This document shows, piece after piece, positions 57,055 to 64,000 of a stretch of DNA of 64,000 bases. Positions within the stretch are counted from its first letter, which is position 1, and the number at the start of each line of letters is the position of its first letter. A model generated the notes under the pieces. That model did no database searches. It was not told the DNA's origin and was given only the letters and a program-made list of their open reading frames with translations. Source of the DNA: Octopus bimaculoides (taxonomy: Eukaryota); NCBI RefSeq assembly GCF_001194135.2, contig NC_068983.1:164324279-164388278 (forward strand), written 5' to 3'. The position numbers and the translations under genes were made by a program.

Positions 57055-57114
<60 letters not shown>

Positions 57115-57800
57115 TACGTGCGCGTGTATGAGAGTGTGTGTGTGTGTGTCTGTGTGTACGTACGTAAGTGTGTGCGCGTGTGTGTGTCTGTGTGTACGTA
57201 CGTAAGTGCGCGCGCGCGCGAGTGAGTGTGTGAGTATCTTTAAGAACCAGCCAATTGATGAAAGCCACGCAAAAGATTCTGGCATAAAAGCAAACTCATT
57301 ATTTCGTGGATTTGTGTTTTTTTTTATGTCGTTGTTGATTCTGTCATTGATGGTCTAACAAGAATATTTGAAGCAGAAAAGAACATTTCGCATTCCTGTT
57401 CCTCGTTCCTCTGGCAATTCCTGTCTATATCGGAAAATCTTTTGACCGCGAAGTGAGTGTCATTCGCAGAAATTTACAATGCTGATGTAAATGGCAAAGA
57501 ACTTTCAAATGAATTAATCATTGAATAAACTATGACATACCGTAGCAGCTTTGAGAAACCACAACTTAAATTCATTGATTTACTGGACAAAATATGCAGC
57601 TATAAGACAGAAAAGTCATTCCAAATATGTGTGCACCACTTTGAATCATTTCACGATGTCTGCCTGCACAGTCAACGCCGAGAGAATGTTCATTCAAAAA
57701 GCTTAAATTGATAAAGAATTATTGGAAAATATGTCGCAGGGTCGTCTGGTGACGTTAGTTCAATACAGCATCGAGCTATAATTGAGATGAAATATTGATT
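55911..57800 (+). pseudogene. hAT transposase pseudogene (ZMYM1-like group), split by a microsatellite
   Basis: NFLGFVDL..GRLQVDYLSVESQNEFI, IIIDAIPD, CEGQGNDGGVNM, YTLNLCG and RWSTR motifs, and the hATC dimerisation motif SFKKLKLIKNLLENMSQGRL..SIE at about 57690-57775. Confidence 0.85.
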
Positions 57801-57824
57801 TCAGCCTAAGAAGTTCAAGAATCA

Positions 57825-58290
57825 GCGATTGGTAAAGCAACTCATGGTAACTGTGTTTCGGTGGGTGATAAGGACAATATTTTCCTTGGTTGCCGGGAAT
57901 CTGGTTATACCGTTAACAGCAAGCGATACGTTGAGGCATCCAGAGAAGCTGTTAGGAATAACAAACGGAACGGGAATCGAAAAAAGATCCACATTCACCA
58001 TTACAATGTGTAACATCTTTGGCAACAAATCAGGCAATCATGAAAATAAGCTGGTTAGTGTCGCTACCGAACCCTCCTCCAATACAGCACAAATTTGACG
58101 TCTTTTAGATTCTACCTGTTTGGTCTAATGAAGGACGTTCTTCGTGAATAGAGACTTGATGATACGGACGAGGTAAAAAAAGTAACTGGAAGAAGCGGAC
58201 ACAACAGTGTACACTGGAATGTTTCCGAAGGCGATTCGAAAATTGAGTTCAACGATGGCGTAAATACTGTAGTATTTTGCTTGTTCTCTG
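57825..58290 (+). pseudogene. mariner transposase C-terminal remnant
   Basis: KQLMVTVF, ESGYTVNSKRYVE and YSTNLTSFRFYLFGLMKDVLRE*RLDDTDEVK match the mariner YSPDLAPSDFHLFGPMK..LRG.RF...EEVK motif. Confidence 0.8.
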
Positions 58291-58327
58291 GTCAATTTCC
58301 CTGGTGTCAATTTCCCTGACCCAGTAT

Positions 58328-58994
58328 TCATAGTCCTTATCATAGTCTTTTATTCTTGACAATTGTTCCAAGTTTGCCACCAGACAATGGTATCGTCATG
58401 GTAATCAGGAATATCCTCTCGTATTTACTTCTATTGTATTGTCCCATGTGTCTATCTCATCTTAAAATCCTCTATTTGTTCCGTCATATATTACAACGTT
58501 TTTTTTTTTTTGTCACAGGCCGAAGGAGAGACAGTTTTGGGGCTCCTTTGTGCTTCTATTTGTCTTTGAGTCGAAGGGGTGTGGAGAGGGTTGGTGCCTG
58601 TAGGGGGACAATGGGGCAGAGTAGGTGTGGGTGTGGAAGGGGGTTCAGCATTCACAACGTGGGCCTATCTTCTCTTCTTTCTTCTTTTCCCACCAGCCGT
58701 TTCATTATTCCCCTCTTCTACTTCGTCGGTACTTGTATTGTCTTTCGCCGGAGCCGAAGGTGCGGCTTCCTTCCTGCTTACGGGTATTACTTTGGTCTTT
58801 ACGGGTGGCGGAGGACAGTCCGCTCCAATGTGGCCTTTCAAGTGACATTTGTAGCATCGCGGTGTCTTGTCCTCCAGACCCTGAGCGACTTCATTTGACC
58901 TGTAACGACGACTTTAAAACACAGTTAATCTTCATCCTACTGAAGAATGTCTATATTATAATCATCCCGATACTCTATCTATTTTGGTAATTGG
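58328..58994 (-). mobile_element. non-LTR (L1/Tx1-like) ORF1 fragment with CCHC zinc knuckle
   Basis: Minus strand 58856-58815 reads CYKCHLKGHIGADC (CX2CX4HX4C), followed by a P/K/E-rich tail ending GKRRKKRR*. A partial second copy lies at about 59090-59350. Confidence 0.7.
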
Positions 58995-59349
58995 CTGGTG
59001 TCAATTTTCTTGACCCAGTATGAAGCCGAACGGCTTCATTTCAGTTTTCATTTTCATCCATTATTTTATTCATCCTTTACATTCGTTTTGTCCCTACCTT
59101 CTATTGTCCCCTCTATGTTGACCCCTTGTGTGTAATAAAGAATTCTTTGTCTTTGTGTCGGTGGTGTGTGTAGGAGGTTGGTGTCTGTAGAGGAAGGACG
59201 GGGAAGAGTGGGTGTTGGTGGGAGTCGGATGGGTGTGGAATGGTGGGTCAACATTCACCGGGTGTGCATTTTTTCTCTTCTTTCTTCTTTTGGCCCCACT
59301 TCGTATTGTCCCCTCTATGTCGACCCCTTGTGGGTAGTAAAGAATTCTT

Positions 59350-59700
59350 TACATCTATGGATTACATACCGAAGAGAATAGAAACCATGGGACTTCTATC
59401 TACACACAGCCATTATAAATTACTACAAAGCATTTTACCATGGTTTTATATTATTTTCTCAAACTTTTCAGCCCACGTTTGTACCAATATACATCTATAC
59501 CAGTGACCATTTTAAACAACATCTTTATCATACGATTTTAAATAGCATCTCTCTCATTCGACTGACTACATGGGAATTCATCCTTTTCTCTGATGAGTGG
59601 ATGCATTATCTAATAATGTTTATCAATTTTGGATTTCATTTCGAAGGGCAATACATTCATGAAACGATCGTAAGATATCTCAAACCTTTTTAATAATCAT
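59350..59700 (+). mobile_element. Penelope-like element 3' end (GIY-YIG C-terminus remnant plus 3'UTR)
   Basis: YFLKLFSPRL resembles the PLE terminal motif YFIxxFxPxLN, and a hammerhead follows about 100 nt downstream. Confidence 0.55.
59587..59675 (+). ncRNA. type I hammerhead ribozyme with long stem II loop
   Basis: tct-CTGATGA(59590-59596)-GTGGATG...CATTCAT-GAAAC(59661-59665)-GATC-GTA-aga. Perfect core, 7-bp stem II (2 GU pairs), palindromic helix III ACGATCGT, predicted cleavage after 59672. Confidence 0.75.
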
Positions 59701-59835
59701 ACTTTATATATTTATCTATTATTACAATATTATTTATATTATGGACGTATATCTTCTGTGATTTTTTGATATAATTTTTCCTGCATTTACTTTATAATAT
59801 ACATTTATTTATATACATATGATACACACACACGC

Positions 59836-59868
<33 letters not shown>

Positions 59869-61739
59869 TGTATGTATGTATGTATGCATGTATGTATGTA
59901 TGCATGTATATGTATTTGTAGAGAGAAGTAGACAGGTATAGATAGACAGACGTATAAACAGAGAGACACAGATAGTTAGATGCATACATACATACATACA
60001 TACATACACACTTTGTGTATGGCTGAATGATGGCTGTGTATGCATGAATATATGTATGCGTGTTGGTATGTATGTTTGTAAATATGAATGTATGTATGTA
60101 CTATTTATGCATGTATTTACGTATATGTACGTAACCATTATATTATTCACAGAAACCAGAGCATGTCCTTAGATGCGATTTACATTAACATAACAGTTTT
60201 GTTATCATATATAAGATACATATGAATTCCTATAAGGTCCGTATAAATTATACGAATTTTAAATTTAACAAAGATGGCGCCCATCTTCTCTTGTCGTTTG
60301 TTTGTGTTTTCTTCTTCATTCTCACATACATGTAGATTATGTAGAAGATTTATAATATAATTGGATACGAATCGATGGGAATATACGTTCTTCAATGAGA
60401 TCATTCCAAAAATGAGATTTTGAGTTGAAGGGGATATTAGAATAAACTTTGATGTTATCAACATGCAGTTCCGATCGGGTGAAACAATATTTATATATTT
60501 GATGTAATTTTTCTTGAAAAGATCTATATAGTCAGGGAGTAGTAGCAGAGCGATAAACAAACTAGATCATGGCAAACGCACACAGATAGCTATCTTTGCT
60601 TTAACGAAGGAAATCGGATTTAAATCGGAAGCTCTATAGGAGCTGAACTGCTCTAAAAATACTTAGTCGATGCGGTAAAGCTTAAGGTTTCCGTTGTCAT
60701 ACAACGCTACGAACGGAGAGAAATGTTATGAATGGGTTCTTGATTAAAAATCGTAAAATATTCTCTTCCCATTAAAGACATCATTCCATAACTAAAAGAG
60801 ATATTTATCCGTTATAAAGCTATATTCGCACAAACCGTTTATTTACAGTAGAATGTAGGAGAGGTCAGCCAGAGTTAAATAAGCACAACGAAACTTTTTT
60901 GTTTTTGTTTTACATTTATTTTGTTTTTGATATGTAAATGATAATATTTAAAATCCAATATATCTATAACCTTTTGTCACGCTCCACTTCACACAGAGAA
61001 ATCACTATCTCAGCAAATGAAACTCCACCACCGCAATGGCCAGCGTTAACATGCTTGAGTGGAAAGTGAAAGTACCGTGTAACTAACTACTTTCAGCTTG
61101 CTCTGTGTTGTATTGTTCCGACATGAAACCGATTTGTTTAACAGTCAAATACGATTTTACTCCACATGTTCTTTCTTCAATCGCTTGCCGTCTCTCTGCA
61201 TTACCTCTGCACTTCACTGAACACAGAGCTGCGTTTTAAAAGTAATATAAAACTATTGGTCCATTGTAAAAAAAAAAGACATATTATATAAAACAATATT
61301 TTAAAAAGCAAATTAATGTAGTGAGTGCTGTACAGCAAGAGTTAAGCTGCCAACCAGTCAATACCACGAATGCTTAAAGCCATTTCGTCTCATGTACAAT
61401 TGCTAATGTCAGCAAGAAAATTATGCCATTTCATCCCATTTTCTCCCTTATTAGATATAGCAAATTATGACAAGAAACACAAACCTAATTATATGAAAAT
61501 CATGATCTATCTACCCACATATCACAAAGGGTCTTATTAGATTTTTCTTCGTTTCCTTTTTTTTTCCCTCACTGACCTACTCTTCATCGTTCTCTTCCGG
61601 TCATGCATTTTTAATTATTTCCTCGTGTAGCGAACAGTTCATGTTATATTCACAGCGAGTCACTGACACGAAAAAAATCCAGAGATTAACAATTTGATAT
61701 CGTTGATGACTGAGTCTGTCCCAACCGACAGGACCCGGA

Positions 61740-62560
61740 AACAATCACTTATGTGCCTGCTTCATTAACAGCAGCAGCAGCTTCCATGGCAGCAACAGAG
61801 AGTAGCATCTTTCTAAGTCATCATTTTCTCTCGTGTTGTCAACAATTGTTTCATCACGTTAATCTAATTAGACATACTTTTGTGTTCCTAACTTTTTCTA
61901 ACCAATCAGTAACTTTAAATCATGTTATATTGAAGAGAAATGTGGTAGAGAAAAGAGTTGATTCACTGTCAACCAATGATTGTCAGTCATGCAGCCTAGC
62001 GCACAGTGACATGGTCTGCATATGTAACAGGAATAGCAATACCTGAGGGAAGATGTCACTAGTTACACTGCTTTTGGCAGCCAGCATAGCAGTGGTAGTC
62101 ACAAAAGACTCACCAACGAGGACAACAGACCAGTTGTGAAATCATTAATTCATACCGACAGCTCATCTTACAGATTATCGATCAGTTCAATGATCGTACC
62201 TCCTAACTAGTAGAGCCGTGTCTCAAATCACACAAAACATAACATGGTAAAAATCCGACTGTCTTTTATAAACAGCTCAGATTCTGGTTTTCTGACAACC
62301 GACAGTTTCCAGCAATACTACTGAACTATTGTATGTATACTTTCTCCTCTATAGTGTATAATGACATTATATATACGCCTACAGCTAAGTTACATGTAAC
62401 AAAGGTCGAATGCAACAACGTACAGCACCAGCCATTACAGTTTCCATAGCTTTTATAATGCAGCTTCCATCATTATCATAGTTTATAGACCTTGTTACAG
62501 AATTTCAGAAATTCACTTGTAAGATCGGAAGCATCTGCTCCTGCAGTGCTACGTTCAAGA
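61740..62560 (-). mobile_element. decayed RTE-like APE endonuclease region
   Basis: Fragments LNVALQEQMLP (cf. LNVDIAALQETRL) and CMTDNHWL (cf. CWTDHRL), with many stops. Confidence 0.35.
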
Positions 62561-62609
62561 AACGTACACAACCTGTCCAATTAGATCCGAGTCATTTACA
62601 TCTCACGCA

Positions 62610-62680
<71 letters not shown>

Positions 62681-62701
62681 ATATATATATATATATATAT
62701 A

Positions 62702-62847
62702 TATTGGTCGAATCAGTCTCTTGTACTCTAACTTTCACCTGTATATACAGATAATATTCAGGCAAATTGTGATTCACAACTTACCTGGAAATCAACTGAA
62801 CATACAGGTGAGACTCAAAGTAGTAAGAGATTGACACGACCAAAATA
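62702..62847. mobile_element. small MITE-like imperfect inverted repeat
   Basis: Arms of about 45 bp, TATTGGTCGAATCAGTCTCTT..CACCTGTAT and ATACAGGTG..AAGAGATTGACACGACCAAAATA, at about 75% identity next to a TA run. Confidence 0.45.
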
Positions 62848-63940
62848 AAATATCGCTAATCTTTAGAGACTTATCGCTTCTAAGTCAAACTTACTTCTGC
62901 CTTTCGTCTTTCTCTTTGTAAATGTTTATACATCGACTGCGACCAACGCAACTTAATGTTTCATTCCTATGCAAATAAAATAGTTCTGTGTCTGACTTTG
63001 AGTAATTTTTAGTTGGTTGATGTCATTTTATTTCACTTAAGACGCTAATAATTTCCTGAAAGCATAAACCTTCCTGAAAATGGGAGGTCTGAGACGTTGA
63101 AACAAGACGTTCGCACTGAGACAAAGATCCGATGCTATCTGAATCTACAACTTTACACGAATAAAACTGTGGTGTTATAAATTCTCCGTCCGCTTCTTTT
63201 TAAACGAAAGAGTTTTGTGTTTAAAAACAAAAAAAATTCCTTTCTTTATTAGACCTTCCTTAGCAGCGATATGACTGCCTGTGAGTGTTTAATATTAGTG
63301 TAAAGATCATCTGCCGTTGCCCAGCTTGCAGGCCACTGTGTTACTTTTCTCTCGCCTGCTTAACATCGGGAAAGTGGAGCTAAGCCCCTAAATATCATTG
63401 ACAGATTTGCGAGACTCTTACACTTACCATTTCATTAAACACCTCGTTTATACATTGTCTAGCTCTCCACCCTTTCTTCGTCTCTTTCTTTCACTATTTC
63501 CTTCCCTCATTCCTCCCGTTCTCCTTTCATTATTTTCTTCTTTCCATCGTTCGTTCATTCATTTATTCGTCACTGAAAAATTACAAAATTTGTTATCATT
63601 ACCATCTAAACTTTCATTCATTCCTTCTTCACTCATTCACTATTTACCCGAATGCCGTTTGTATTTCATTCGGTTTCTTCCTTCAAATTTCTATTATTTT
63701 TTAAAAATTTCTGTATTATCAACAATTCGTCTTATTTTGCCTCCCTTCTTTTTACCAATTCTCTTCTTTTGTCTCAACTAAGCTACTTTGTTTCTGCAAG
63801 CAGATATTTTCTGATCTTATCCATTATTTTTCTCAATATGAACTTTTTTCTTTCAATCTCTTTCAAATCATACCATACTCACTACTATTTCTGTTTTCCC
63901 TTATTCCAACCGCGCTCTTATCTAGCTTCATCGATCCATT

Positions 63941-64000
<60 letters not shown>

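Noticed and set aside
60180-60560. 126-aa minus-strand ORF and AAGATGGCG motif
   Set aside because: No recognisable domain, AT-biased composition and no splice support.

Overview
AT-rich eukaryotic genomic DNA with many microsatellites and N-gaps. It is almost certainly from an animal, and the SINE, RTE and Penelope repeat landscape suggests a coleoid cephalopod such as Octopus (inference from recalled repeat families, not a database hit). Most long ORFs in the track are microsatellite or N-gap artefacts. Repeats include at least four SINE families, decayed RTE, R4/Dong and L1/Tx1-like LINE pieces, hAT and mariner transposase pseudogenes, MITEs, a Helitron-like 5' end and Penelope-like element (PLE) remnants. 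Three less obvious signals stand out. (1) A minus-strand tandem array of about 5-kb units (36-48 kb) encodes an unnamed small cysteine-rich C-terminus (..YRCNCxKPLxWLxKC..VNLI*), with two intact terminal exons, one decayed copy and two phase-compatible upstream exons. (2) Several PLE-type minimal hammerhead ribozymes with palindromic helix III are present, including an inverted pair in one long hairpin (7.9-8.2 kb) and a perfect-core copy at 59.6 kb. (3) A minisatellite at 21.8 kb has a unit that overlaps ETS, STAT and NF-kB-like motifs. No rRNA, CRISPR or complete host gene could be supported.
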